Below, piece by piece: positions 24,896 to 38,619 of a stretch of DNA of 64,000 bases (position 1 is the first letter of the stretch; each line of letters begins with the position of its first letter). Both the position numbers and the translations under genes were made by a program. The stretch is from Eledone cirrhosa (taxonomy: Eukaryota). Below the pieces are notes generated by a model, which was not told the origin of the DNA, did not search any database, and worked only from the letters and a program-made list of their open reading frames with translations. The stretch is from the NCBI GenBank assembly GCA_964016885.1, contig OZ024742.1, forward strand, positions 293,818,001 through 293,882,000, read 5' to 3'.

Positions 24896-26559
24896 CACAT
24901 ATATGAGTGTGTCTCCGTCGTTCATTCTCCCTCCTTAAACTATCATATACATACTGACACATCACACATGTCGGTGGTGCAACGAGAAACACCTGAAGCG
25001 AAAACGGAGGAGATAAAGTGCACAATTGCAGCAGGCTGCAGCCAAAGGCTTCTTCTTACAGCATGCAAAATACAGGCATACAGAATGCACGTCATTTTAT
25101 TATTAGACAACGATTGACACTATCAAATACAAACAACATTAACACCACTGCCACCACTATCACTATCAAACAACACTAACATCACCTACAGCATCGCCAA
25201 CGTCACCAACAACGATAACAACATCAAAACCAGCAACACCAAGATCAACGACCCCAACAAGACCAACAACACCACCAAGAACACCACCAAAACCAACAAC
25301 ACCACCAAAACCAATAACACCACCAAAACCAACATAAACACCACCAAAACCAACATAAACACCACCAACAACAACACAAACACCGCCAACGCTACCATTA
25401 CCAAGAAAACAACAACACCACCATCACCAACGCCACCATCACCAACGCCACCATCACCAACGCCACCACCAACAACCACACGAACACCACCAATGCCACT
25501 ACCACCAAGAGCAACACCAACACCACCATCGCCAACGCCACCACCAACAACAACTACGTATTACATGTAATAGTATGTTCTCGTTGACACAACAGCAGCG
25601 AAATGTACAACGGTAATAAGCTCATTCACATTTCATCGAGAGAGAGACACTCACTCTTCTTGTTACTGTTACTGATAATGGTTATGGTGTTGGTGGGAGT
25701 GATAGTGTTGGAGCTAGTGACGGTGGTGGTGTTTGGTGTTGGTGCTAGTGGTGGTGGGAGTGATAGTGTTGGAGCTAGTGGCGGTCGTTGTGGTGGTGTT
25801 GGTGTTAGTGGTGGTGGGAGTGATAGTGTTGGAGCTAGTGACGGTCGTTGTGGTGGTGTTTGGTGGTGGTGGTGGGAGTGATAGTGTTGGAGCTAGTGAT
25901 GGATGTTGTGGTGATGGTGGTGATCGGTGGTGATGGTGGTGGTGATAGTGGTGGTGATGATAGTGATAGTCGTGGTGGTGGTGGTGGTGGTGGTTGGTGC
26001 TGATGGTGGTAGGTAGTTGGTAGTAGTGGTAGTGGGGGTCGTCAAGGTGGCGGTGGTGGTTAGTGGTAGTAGTGGTGGTGGTGGTGGTGGTGGTTAGTGG
26101 TAGTAGTGGTGGTGGTGGTGGTGGTGTTGATAGTGGTGGAGACAAGTCGTTATCCTTGTCATAATTGTAGTGGTGGGGGTGGGGATGGATTAAGTTAGTG
26201 GTAGTAGTGGTGGTGGTGGTGATGATGGTGGTGGAGACAAGTCGTTATCCTTGTCATAATTGTAGTGGTGGGGGTGGGGATGGATTAAAAATAAATTTCA
26301 GGATTCCCACTCATCTTTAAAGAAAGAAAACTTTTCAGGAATTTATACCAATATTCTGTAACAAATATTGTGAAATCTTTCTCTGACATATGTTGTTCAA
26401 GGAAGAAGAAGGGTGTGAGTGTAACGGGGTGGGGGTAGGAATATATTTGTAGAAAGGGACCTAGATATTCCAAGTCTCTGCTTATTTTCGTTTCTGGTGG
26501 GCTAAGATGGATGAGAGGGGAGTTGGACTCATACTGGCAGATTGAAGCCATCTTCTCCA

Positions 26560-27030
26560 TGCTCGGCTCATTCCATTTGTATGGAAAAGTGAGTCTTCTG
26601 TAGTACAACATCACCAATCATATCTATCCTTTGTCATCTCCTTCATGAGGTGGGCCATTATCACATCATCCCAAGGTTTTCTAGGTCTTTCCCTTCCATT
26701 GACTTTGAGTGCTCTACATTTCTTTCTGCAGCTATCATCCTCCATACACATCACATGTCAATACCAACACAGTCTCCTCATCAGTACATTGCATCTGAGA
26801 CCTCATTATGCCTAGTTTTTCTCTCAGTTCATTGATGCTTCATCTTTCATTTATTACACATTCATTGAAACTTGCTTGCATCATTTCTTTCCAATTTCCG
26901 CAAGTCCTCCACACACAATTCTCACTTCCATGTAACCTTTCCATTCGCACACAAGCATCATACAATCTGCCTTTCACACTGATAGAAAAACTTTCTACTG
27001 ATGTAGAAAGCTTATAGTTGTACCCTAAAC
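26560..27030 (-). mobile_element. RTE LINE 3' fragment
   Basis: KGRLYDACVR..LHGSE homologous to the 55 kb ORF. Confidence 0.8.
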
Positions 27031-27402
27031 CTTTTTCCAATTGGTCCTTATCTATCCTGTTATATATCTATGAATTTGTAAAATGAAATATTTACTATTT
27101 TTCTGAACCCTGATGTGTCCCTCTAGCTTCCAAATGTTACTTCATACAATTTCTGTTGCACCCACCCTAACCCTCCCTCTCCACCACTTGAGGACAAGCA
27201 CCATGACACTAAAAGTAAATGTGATGAGAGACTAGAGGCAACAATTTTGGTAATCAGATGGAGACAACATATGCTCTGAACAGACCCAGTAAAATGTTAG
27301 TGTTAGTACAATGAAACAATGCACCCAATACACCTTGTATGATGTTTGGCATTAGCAAAGCTATCCTGCTATAGAACCATGCCAAATATAGATTGGATGT
27401 GT

Positions 27403-28734
27403 GTAGGTGTCACAACAAAAAGCACCCAGTCCACACTGTAAAGTGGTCATGTAGGTGTCACAACAAAAAGCACCCAGCCCACACTGTAAAGTGGTCATGT
27501 AGGTGTCACAACAAAAAGCACCCAGCCCACACTGTAAAGTGGTCATGTAGGTGTCACAACAAAAAGCACTGTCCACACTGTAAAGTGGTCATGTAGGTGT
27601 CACAACAAAAAGCACCCAGCCCACACTGTAAAGTGGTCATGTAGGTGTCACAACAAAAATCACCCAGCCCACACTGTAAAGTGGTCATGTAGGTGTCACA
27701 ACAAAAAGCACCCAGCCCACACTGTAAAGTGGTCATGTAGGTGTCACAACAAAAAGCACCCAGCCCACACTGTAAAGTGGTCATGTAGGTGTCACAACAA
27801 AAAGCACTGTCCACACTGTAAAGTGGTCATGTAGGTGTCACAACAAAAAGCACCCAGTCCACACTGTAAAGTGGTCATGTAGGTGTCACAACAAAAATCA
27901 CCCAGCCCACACTGTAAAGTGGTCATGTAGGTGTCACAACAAAAAGCACCCAGCCCACACTGTAAAGTGGTCATGTAGGTGTCACAACAAAAAGCACTCA
28001 GTCCACACTGTAAAGTGGTCATGTAGGTGTCACAACAAAAAGCACCCAGCCCACACTGTAAAGTGGTCATGTAGGTGTCACAACAAAAAGCACTCAGTCC
28101 ACACTGTAAAGTGGTCATGTAGGTGTCACAACAAAAAGCACTCAGTTCACACTGTAAAGTGGTCATGTAGGTGTCACAACAAAAAGCACTCAGTCCACAC
28201 TGTAAAGTGGTCATGTAGGTGTCACAACAAAAAGCACTCAGTCCACACTGTAAAGTGGTCATGTAGGTGTCACAACAAAAAGCACTCAGTCCACACTGTA
28301 AAGTGGTCATGTAGGTGTCACAACAAAAAGCACTCAGTTCACACTGTAAAGTGGTCATGTAGGTGTCACAACAAAAAGCACTCAGTTCACACTGTAAAGT
28401 GGTCATGTAGGTGTCACAACAAAAAGCACCCAGTCCACACTGTAAAGTGGTCATGTAGGTGTCACAACAAAAAGCACTCAGTTCACACTGTAAAGTGGTC
28501 ATGTAGGTGTCACAACAAAAAGCACTCAGTCCACACTGTAAAGTGGTCATGTAGGTGTCACAACAAAAAGCACTCAGTTCACACTGTAAAGTGGTCATGT
28601 AGGTGTCACAACAAAAAGCACCCAGTTCACACTGTAAAGTGGTCATGTAGGTGTCACAACAAAAAGCACTCAGTCCACACTGTAAAGTGGTCATGTAGGT
28701 GTCACAACAAAAAGCACTCAGTCCACACTGTAAA
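27403..28734 (+). repeat. 48-bp minisatellite, ~28 copies
   Basis: Unit GTAGGTGTCACAACAAAAAGCACCCAGCCCACACTGTAAAGTGGTCAT; runs directly into an RTE 3' end (28735-28900). Confidence 0.97.
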
Positions 28735-30529
28735 TGTTGTTGGCATTAGGAAGAGCATCCAGCTGTAGAAACCAAGCCAGAATCAGTTCTGTATGAGCAT
28801 GACATGATCACCTGACCTGGCATTGTTCACACTGGAAACTCATCTAACCCATGCTCACATGGAAAAATGGGCGTTAAACAGTGATGATGATGATGATGGT
28901 GGTGGTGCACAAGATGAGGCCATTGCAGCCCATCAGGTCCTCGACCATAACAACTTGTCCAACCCATGCTATGAAGGGAAGCAGACATAAAATGATAACT
29001 AGGAGGCTGATTACAATTCACTCTGATACTGAAAAGGTTAGTTATGTCTATCATAGAGACTCCTTTGTTAGTTCCCATTTTGTTATTTTTGATAAGACAC
29101 AAGGCCACAAATTTGTGGAAGAGAATCACTTGATTATATCAACACTAGTACAGCAGAACCAGGTCTTCCATTTGAGGATATGTTCCTCCATACCACCAGG
29201 CTTGGAGGCCCTAAAAAGGGTCATGATCACAGCCATTTCCTCGCTGTCTAAACAGTAAAAAGAAAAAAAAAGGAATTTAAATCCAGAATTACTTTCAAAG
29301 TTTCAAGCTCAACTCCAGTAGTTTCATCATTTCTTGATGATATATAAACACTTTAATCAAATTGCTTGATATCACCATTTAACCCTTTAGCATTTAAAAT
29401 GGCCATGTCTGGCCAAAATGTTCTCACCTCTTTCTGTTCAAACCGGTTGTATTTGATGTTATGGTATTGTTCTCAAAATAGATGATATCAAAATCTCATA
29501 GATTCCATATTATGTGAGGTAAAGCCTTTACTATGAAAATACAATTAATATAGAGAGAGTAATGTAAATGCTAAAGGGTTAATGTCTATTTTCCATGCTT
29601 GCATAGGTTAGACGGGTTGTCATGTTCTGTAGCTAGATAAGTCACATGACCATGTTTTTGGCATGGCTTCTACAGTGGAATGCTCTTATCAAAAACACCT
29701 TCCATCATAATTTTATGTAAGAACCTTTGTTAAATTATGTTCCAAATTCTAAATTATTTTCAAAAAGATCTGAAGTTTTCTATCATAGAACCATGAGCAG
29801 TTTCAGACAGTTATAGATTGTTTAATTTTAAATTGGTTAAGTATATTTTATCTTTTTTTCCTCCTAAAAGCATGTGAAATAAATAAATTCTTATATTAGC
29901 AATCTAATAAAATATGTAATTATTACATAGACTATTTTTTCCAAGACTTTATGTGCAAGCCTCCAGCATTCTCATAATTTGTCTAGACTATTCATTTAGT
30001 TACTGGCCTTGTTGGAGTTTGTTTATTTCATTTAATATCTTATTAAATTTAAGGAGGTGGCGATTGGCTGTAAAATGCAGGTAATCATTTCATTTCATTT
30101 TTTTTTACCTCCGCTTTTCCCTGCTTGCAAGGGTGGGACAGGAACTGATTCTGGCTTGATTTCTACAGCTGGATGCCCTTCCTAACACCAACCTTATTTA
30201 CAGTGAGTGCTGGGTGCTTTTTTGCCGTGGCACCTCCACGACCACTTTGCAGTGGAATGACAGGGACCCCAGTCCCTATCATCTCATTTCTACAGCTGAG
30301 TAAACTGGACCAATGTGAAATAAAGTGCCTTGCTCAAGGAAACAACACATCACCCGGTCTGAGGATTGAACTCACAACCTTACGATTGCAAGGCGAATGC
30401 TCTAACCACTAAGCCATGTAATAGTCCGTGATTTTTAGAAAATCATAAAAGAGTTCTGCAACAAATTACGTTTGGTTACCACTGTATTAATAAAAGTGTG
30501 TATGAAGTCATATAGTAAGCATTTATAAG

Positions 30530-30810
30530 GAGGTGTATGGCCTGGTGGTAAGGGTGTTGGACTTAGGATCATAATGTCATGGATACGATTCCTGAGTTGC
30601 GTGTTGTGTTCTTGAGCAAAACACTTCATTTCACATTACTCTAGTATACTCAGCTGAAAATGAGTACTAGCAACAGTTGGGGTTTAACCCTGTGATGGAT
30701 TGGCGTCCTGTCCAGGGGGAAGTCTTGTACTTTCAGCTGCTTCACGCCACAAAACCAGGATAAGCACCGGCCTGCCGGGCCTCCTAGCTTGAGACAGGCT
30801 TTAAACTTTA
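30530..30810 (+). mobile_element. tRNA-derived SINE family B, representative copy
   Basis: TGGCCTGGTGGTAAGG head, GTGTTCTTGAGCAAAACACT core, CCTGTGATGGATTGGCGTCCTGTCCAGGG. Relatives near 40-135, 1080-1245, 9045-9150 and 40578-40890. Confidence 0.75.
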
Positions 30811-31504
30811 GAAACATTCATAAACCTTGTTATGAATGTTTTAGTTGTGATCATGCCAAAGCATGGTGAGTAGCTGTGTGAGAATGCCAGACATATGTTT
30901 CTGGATGTTTATCCATCATCAGTGATGTTTAGTTACTCAGTACATTGTATTAATGTTTCTACTCTAGCCTCCTGCTGTCTTGGCCTAATGAATAAGATTT
31001 ACTGAAAGACCTTAGATAAGTTGTTTCCTCTATCTATCTATTTTATGAGACAACTCTTTAAGTTCAATAATCTCTTGCTTTTTTAAATAATGTTGCCTTC
31101 TTTATTGTCTAATCTTGGTAATAGTGTCTTGATATATATATATATATATATATGCATATATATATATATATACACATACATACATATAATGATGATTTTG
31201 ATAACATATGTGTATGTATGTGTATAGGTATGTATGATTTATGAATGTATGTTTACATGTATGTATTTATGTACATGTATATGTATGTATGTATATATGC
31301 ATGTATAAATGATATCTGTGTAATATATGACATATGACCCCATAAGCTATAATACATATATGATGCCTTCTTAGATATGACTTTAGTGTGTTTTATATAA
31401 TGTTTTATCACAAGAGCAGTAGAAACAAAAATAAACAGGATAGTACCAATCAAGAATCTCACTAGAAAACACTGATATTATTATATTATATACAAGGAAA
31501 TACA

Positions 31505-31778
31505 TACTCTCGGGTCTCGAATAATTGCCCCACCCACACTTCTTAATTTTTCAGAATTTTTTCCTAACCCCTCTCCTCCTTATTCCAACCTTGAAAAATT
31601 ACTGAGTTTGCTTATTCCAACCGCTCCCTCTATCCCTTGCTTATTCCACCCAACCACCCACTTATTTCAACCTCCCACCCTACATATTCGAATCCCTATG
31701 TTATTCCCTCACACACACATATTCCAGCCCCCCACTTATTGCAAACCCCCCCCCCCTATTATTTGGGACCCAAGAGTA
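31505..31778. mobile_element. TA-flanked MITE
   Basis: TACTCTCGGGTCTCGAATAAT and ATTATTTGGGACCCAAGAGTA; related partial copy near 8725-8812. Confidence 0.7.
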
Positions 31779-31819
31779 TATTATAAATATAACAAACAAT
31801 AATAAGTTGATTAGTATAT

Positions 31820-31928
31820 GTACAGGGTGTCCCAAAAAATGTATACACACTTTGATTACGTATACTTGTATACAATATTTATTAAAATGCTGTTGAAGTG
31901 TATATACATTTTGGGGGGACACCCTATA
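31820..31928. mobile_element. Tc1/mariner MITE (sister copy at 11916-12006)
   Basis: TACAGGGTGTCCCAAAAAATGTATAC...GTATATACATTTTGGGGGGACACCCTATA. Confidence 0.8.
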
Positions 31929-32198
31929 TATCCTTATATATTATTCATAATCTACCCACTATTAAGATAAAACTCTCATACTAGTTCTTGAAAGTAAACA
32001 AGATTTTGGTAGCCAGCCATTCTGGTATCTTTCACAAAGATGGTGGCCTATGTCAAGTTTGGCATTATTTATACTGAAAACTACAGAATAGAAATTGGCC
32101 AGTCTTATGGGAGCCATGTAAATTGTGGTTGTTTGATCTGTTATAAATACCAGCCAAAATCTCTCCCAAACAAACAATCTACTGTCTTGGAAAAAGGT

Positions 32199-34330
32199 AC
32201 ATCATCATCATCATCGTTTAACATCTATCTTCCACGCTAGCATGGGTTTAGACGGGAATTGTCCCACTTGAGGAAAGAGAAGATTGGTCGGGTAACCGTG
32301 TCTCGCTCGTATAGGACTGTCTGGCAGGTTTTCTATGGCTGGATACCCTTCCTAACACCAACCACATTTACAGTGTGGACTGGGAGGTTTTTACCATGTT
32401 ACCTACACGGTCACATTACAGCGTGGACTGTGTGTTTTTTTGTTGTGACACCTACACAACCTTATTTATTTTGGACTGGATGTTGTGGTACCAACATAAC
32501 TTTACAGAGAAAGGGTGGTGTTGGTGGGAGTGGGGGTGGAGTAGGGGTCGTGGGATGGGGGTGTATATTTGGTTAAGAGGTGCCTACTGACTGTAGGTTT
32601 CGCTTTGTACATAGGCAAGAAGGGTCTTCTGAATTACTGTGTAGCGACAAAGATCTCCGTCCAGTGACATTGTCTTAGAGAGGTGTAAGTGTGTAAGGTC
32701 AGAATTTATCAAATCGTCCCAGGTTTTTCTGGGTCTACCTACTCCATAACTTCCATCAATTTTGATCGCCCTGCACTTTTTTATACAGCTGTCGTCTTTC
32801 ATGCGCATCACATGACCATACCAACGTAGTCTTCTCTCGAGTAAACAGCATCTGATCCCTTTTATTCCTAATTTCTCACTTAGTTCATTTATGCTTTGCC
32901 GTTCATGTGTATTACACATCCAACGGAGCATGCATGCTTCGTTCCTCTCCAGTCTGCGCAGATTCATGTCCATGTCCATGTCCATGTCTCACTGCCATGT
33001 AACATAGCTGTTCGTATACAAGCATCATACAATCTGCCTTTCATTTTTAGAGAGAAACCTTTAGTGGCCAATAGTGGTATAAGCTCTCTGAACTTTTCCA
33101 TCTCGTTTTGACTCTGGCTACTGTACTTTCAGAGCACCCTCCACCACTGGTGATTTTGTCACCCAGGTAACGGAAGGTGTCCACTATTTCTATAGAACCA
33201 TCTGGGCAATAGAAGGAGCTAGTATCCTGTGGGCACTTGCTACCTATTGCACCTGAGCATCAGCCACATATAAAGTCTACGTTCTTAGATAGCTTACCTG
33301 TGATCCGACTACATCTTTTATGCACCCATAGTTTTCATTTGGGACATAAAATGAAATTTCTGCCTATTCCTTTCCTACACACTGAGCATGGCCATTTCCC
33401 AGAGGGACCTGTTCCCTATTTTCCTTTCTACATACTAGAACTTTAGTCTTAGACAAGTTATCTTTAAGGCCTTTTGATTCTAGGCCATGCTTCCATGTTT
33501 GGAATTTCTTCTCTAGTTCAGCCATCGATTCAGCTATGAGAGTTAGATCATCTGCGTATAGAAGTTCCCATGGGCAGCCAGTCTTGAACTCCTCTATTAT
33601 AGCCTGAAGGACAATAATAAATAGGAGGGGGCTAAGGACGGAGCCTTGATGAACACCAACTTTTACGTTAAATTCTTCACTATATTCGTTGTTAATTCTA
33701 ACTTTGCTGACTGTTTCATTATACATGGCTTGTATAGCTCTCACAAGCCATTCATCTACACTTAGTTTTCTAAGAACCCACCAGATAATGGAGCAGGGGA
33801 CTCTGTCAAAGGCTTTCTCCAAGTCAACAAAAGCTAAGTAGAGGGGTTTACTTTTAGCTAGGTACTTCTCCTGTAGTTGTCGTATAAGGAAAAGAGCGTC
33901 TGTGGTACTTTTACCTCACACAAACCCAAACTGCATTTCATCTAGATCAATTTGCTCTCTGATTAGTTGCGCTATAACTATTTCTGTGACCTTCATGACC
34001 TGGTCAACTAATTTAATGCCTCTATAGTTTCCCCTATCAAGTGCATCTCCTTTACCCTTGTAGCAGTTAATGATGATGCTGCTACGCCAGTCATTTGGTA
34101 TGACCCCATTCTGTATGACTTGATTTACTATCCGGGTGATCATAGTGTATCCCACCATTCCAGATGCTTTCAGCATTTCAGCAACTATCTCCGAAGGCCC
34201 AGCTGCCTTGCCTGTCTTCATATCTTTGATTGCCTTACTTATTATACTACCTTTAACTTGCACTGCTGGTCCCTCTATTGGATCGATTTGGGGCAGACTA
34301 TCTTTTTCCCATTTATTCTACACATTGAAT
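32199..34330 (-). mobile_element. RTE-clade LINE, degraded paralogue of the 54.7 kb copy
   Basis: ORF pieces 33916-34263, 33364-33822 (YADD) and 32584-32985 are collinear with the 55 kb ORF; related 3' UTR and (ATG)n tail. Confidence 0.92.
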
Positions 34331-36649
34331 ATTGTGGTCCAGGGCATACTATTAATAGCAGCTAAACCTCCCTCAATTCACATTCTACTAAGGTGTACAT
34401 GTGTGTGTGTGTTAGTGGATGTATGTGTGTGTGTGTGTGTGTGTATGTATGTAAGTATGTATGTATATATGCATGTATGTGTATATATATGTATGTATAT
34501 GTGTATAAGTATGTATGTTTGTATGTATGCATGTATGTATATCAGGTTGCTCTCGAGTGCTATTGGTAACATGTAACCAAATACAACCTGTCTCATGGTC
34601 AGGTTGTCGGCGTCTAAACCGGCAACCCCAACAAACTTGCTTGATGAGGAGGGTGATTTTGGACACCTTGCAAGACAAAAAACAAAATCTGACACACGGT
34701 GAAAGAACTCATAAGAGTCAACGGTTATCCAAAAATGTGTAAATATGTATATACACATTTACATATGTATGTATAAATATATATGTATATGCATATGTGC
34801 ATGTGTATGTATATGTGCCGGGACATAGAAATAGTCGGGCTGGACACCCGATCGCGCGGTTAAACCACTGAGAGTGAAGGACCCCTAGCCTTTGTCAGGG
34901 CATTCTTCTAGGAGAAGGCAACTCAGGAAACTGGGGTAACTCCGACATAAAACCTGTGGCTCAGTAGTTACCGATGATGTTGATCTTTTCTTCTTGTCGT
35001 GTTATAGCTACTGTCGCTCAGAGAGTGGGACTGGCTCAGTGCACAGTCTTTCCTCACTTTAAAAAAAACTTCACGGCACAGGCATTGCATGATAGAATTA
35101 ATTAATAATTATTAATAATGTTATACTGTGCAATGGCCATACTCAATAACGAGGGAGCAGCCATCATCATGTATCTGTGTATGTATGTATGTATGTACGT
35201 ATGTATGTGTGTGTGTGTGTGGGTGTGTGTAAGTATGTAAGTATGTATGTATGTATCTTTCTGTCTGTCTGTCCCCATGTATGTCTTCACATTTGACACC
35301 ATTTAAGCAAGTGCTGTCATTGGTTTATGTTCTGCAACTTAACAGTTCAATGACGAACAGTAAAAACTACTATAAAGTATGTGTTGGAACCAAGAAGATT
35401 AATCTGTCCATAGAAAAAGTACCTCAAAACAGGCTCAATCAACCCATGCCAGCATGGAATCATGATCATAGAAATGATGAGATATTTCATTCTTGCAACT
35501 ACTAACATCTAACAGATTATTTGTTAAAGCTTTTTAACCTTTTGGATACCAAACTACATGAAACTACACTTGGTTTATCAAACAAATTTCATGTAAGAAC
35601 CTGTTTTAAATAATTGTTTCTACTTTTAGCACAAGGCCAGCAATTATCCCAGTGTATTACTGGTACTTTATTTTATCGACCCAGTAAAGATGAAAGGGAA
35701 AGTTAACCTCGGCGGCGGAATTTGAACTCAGGCCAATAAGGGCCGTAACTCTTTGCTGCAAAGCATGGCGTCTGACCCTCTACCGATACTGCCAATCCAC
35801 CGCCCTTCATAAGACCTCTTTTAACCCTTTAGCATTTATCCATTTATCCATTTATCCAACACATTACTCTATTTTCGTGGTAAAGGCTTTATCTCACATA
35901 ATATCGAATCTATGAGATTTGGGTATTATTTATTTTGAGAACAATACCTTAACATCAGTATGAGTGGCCAGTTATGGCCAGTTTGAACAGAAAGAGGTGA
36001 GAGAACTCTGGCCAGATACAACCAGTTTAAATGCTAAAGTGTTAAGTTTTGTTCTAACCACAAGCTTGATAACAAGGAAGTTATTTTACTAAAACACTGC
36101 AAAATTTTGATAATTTTCAAACTGATTTCAAAATGATATTCAATGTCTTTCACTAGAAATATGCTAACAAAATGGTTAACAGATCAGTATTGTGACCTAC
36201 TGGCTGTATATTGCATGCAGTCAAGTCAAATGTTAACAAGCAATGCACATTATATCAGTTTATTTAGCTGAAAATAGATGCATTGCTCTCAACTTAAGTG
36301 GTTAACATTCAGAAGAGCATCCAGCCATAAATATATTTTCTCAGGCAAAACATCATCAAAATATCATCATTGTTAAAAACATAAAGATGCTAAATTGGTT
36401 GAGTTGTTACGATAAAATGTTTCTGTGATTTTAATTCAAATATCCTACTAAATTTATGTAATAATAATTGTTTCTACTTTTGGCACAAGGCCAGCAATTA
36501 CCCAGAGCATTACTGGTACTTTATTTTATCGACCCTGTAAGGATGAAAGCAAAGTAAACCTCGGCGGGATTTGAACTCAGACCGTAAAGGGACGTAACTA
36601 TGCTGGAAAGCATGGTGTCCGACTCTCCACCGATACTGCCAATCCACCA

Positions 36650-36755
36650 TGAAAATGATTATGTACAGTGCTTAGGTGCACTACAACTCATCAAAGGTGC
36701 ATGTACAGTATATAGAATATAGAATAATGCACAAATGTCAAGAAAGTGAACAGTC
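36650..36755 (-). mobile_element. Short 3' UTR fragment of the CR1 family
   Basis: GTGCTTAGGTGCACTACAACTC and AGAATAATGCACAAATGTCA match 60386-60445. Confidence 0.75.
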
Positions 36756-37025
36756 GACTTTACATGTCATCATTTCAGGCTTGACAAAATAAAGTACCCT
36801 GTTCAAGATGATAAATTGGTAGAATTTAAAGTATTGTAGAAGATGCCTTTAAGTATATGTTCCATCTCATTGCATTCTGAGTTTAAATACTGCTGTGGCT
36901 TACTTAAGGGGTTGACTTAATCCATCATGTGGTTAAACACGACCATCTGGTCTCTTGGCCCTTGGATGTATTTAGCAGTTCACTCAGTTACAAGCATTCA
37001 GGTCATGGTTCCAGTTTCAGAATAC

Positions 37026-37103
<78 letters not shown>

Positions 37104-37204
37104 GCTATCGACCAGTCACAAAGACCCTAAAAATGATCATGAGAACTGTCATTCCCTCCCTAACAAAACAACAACAAAAAAATGTTGCCTGTTTCATAGG
37201 TAGC

Positions 37205-37385
37205 TGAGAAAAACTGAGGAGGGCCTGAACAGAAATGAGGAAAACTAATCTCAAAACACTGGACCTCACAGAGGAGAGGGCAAAAACACACAATAAGTGG
37301 AGGGAAGCTATGCTGGAGAAAAGTAGTCCAACACATGCAAGCATGAAAAAATGGATGTAAAATTCCTGATGATAATGATGATGAG
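37205..37385 (+). mobile_element. Short RTE 3' end
   Basis: CATGCAAGCATGAAAAAATGGATGTAAAA plus a (GAT)n tail shared with other RTE copies. Confidence 0.65.
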
Positions 37386-38271
37386 GAAGTTGAAGATGTC
37401 TCAACAGTGGAAAAATTGGTTCAAAAATAATAATAATTGTTTTCTACTTTTGGCACAAGGCCAGCAATTACCCCAATGCATTACTGGTACTTTATTTTAT
37501 TGACCCCATAAGGATGAAAGGCAAAGTTAACTTCGGTGGGATTTGAACTCAGAAATAATAATAATAATGGCTCCTAATTTAGGCACAAGGCCTACAATTT
37601 TTAACAAAAGAGAAAACATCAATTACATCAAACCCCCCCCCCCCCCCAGTACTTTACTGCTACTTTATTTTGAAACTAGAACATAGAGATGCATAACAAA
37701 ATACTGCAGTGTATTTCATCTGATGCACTAACGATTCTCTCAATTTACTGCCCAAATAATAATAGGAAGGAAAAAAAAAAACTTATTTCAAAGTAAACTT
37801 TTACTGAAAACTAGATAAAACAGAAATAGTGACACTGTTAAATACATAGCAGAAAAGGAGATCCATATTCTAATCTTCTAAAAGATTCCTTTGATGGTAA
37901 ATTTCTTTGACTATTTACTCCACAGTTCCAGAGTTCTACCATTATTGCCTCAGTGCTATGAATAACCAATAACCAATATGTATGTGATGTTCTCTGTATT
38001 GCAGTTTATAGCATTGCTCTCTCTCTCTATATATATATATACCAAAGATTAATATGGTTCATTGATTACTCAATGAATATAGTTTTACAATAGATTAAAA
38101 GCACTCTACAAGCTATATTTAGCTTTTGTTGATTTAGAAAAGGCATTTGACAGAGTAATGGGCTGTGACTGCAGAGGACATGCGTAAACTGGAGAGAAAT
38201 GAAACAATATGACTGCCAATACTGGAATTGAACCATCAAGACAGTTGAGGTATGTTATACATCAATTCATG

Positions 38272-38337
38272 TATTTTATCTGATGAGGACGTACTGAAAA
38301 AACAGCACAGTACCTTCGAAATATATATAATAAAATA
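38272..38337 (+). ncRNA. Minimal type-I hammerhead ribozyme motif
   Basis: Stem I TATTTTAT/ATAAAATA; CTGATGA at 38280-38286; stem II GGACGTACTG/CAGTACCTTC; GAAA at 38318-38321; palindromic stem III ATATATAT; AUA cleavage triplet. Confidence 0.7.
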
Positions 38338-38379
38338 TATATTTTGATTATGTGAATGTCTTCATTTATTAATATTTTG

Positions 38380-38416
<37 letters not shown>

Positions 38417-38494
38417 GTCTAACTCATGCTAGCATGGAAAATAGACTTTAAATGATGATGATGATGATGATAATGAAATATATATGTATGTATG

Positions 38495-38535
<41 letters not shown>

Positions 38536-38619
38536 ATGTACATATATACATATACATATATATATATATATGTGTGTGTACATATATATATGTGTGTGTG
38601 TGTATGCATGCATATATAT

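Noticed and set aside
27403-28734. CRISPR array, or a 300-aa Cys-rich protein (ORF 27792-28694)
   Set aside because: Whole units repeat with no unique spacers, there are no cas genes and the context is eukaryotic; the ORF follows from the 48-bp period and the unit derives from an RTE UTR.
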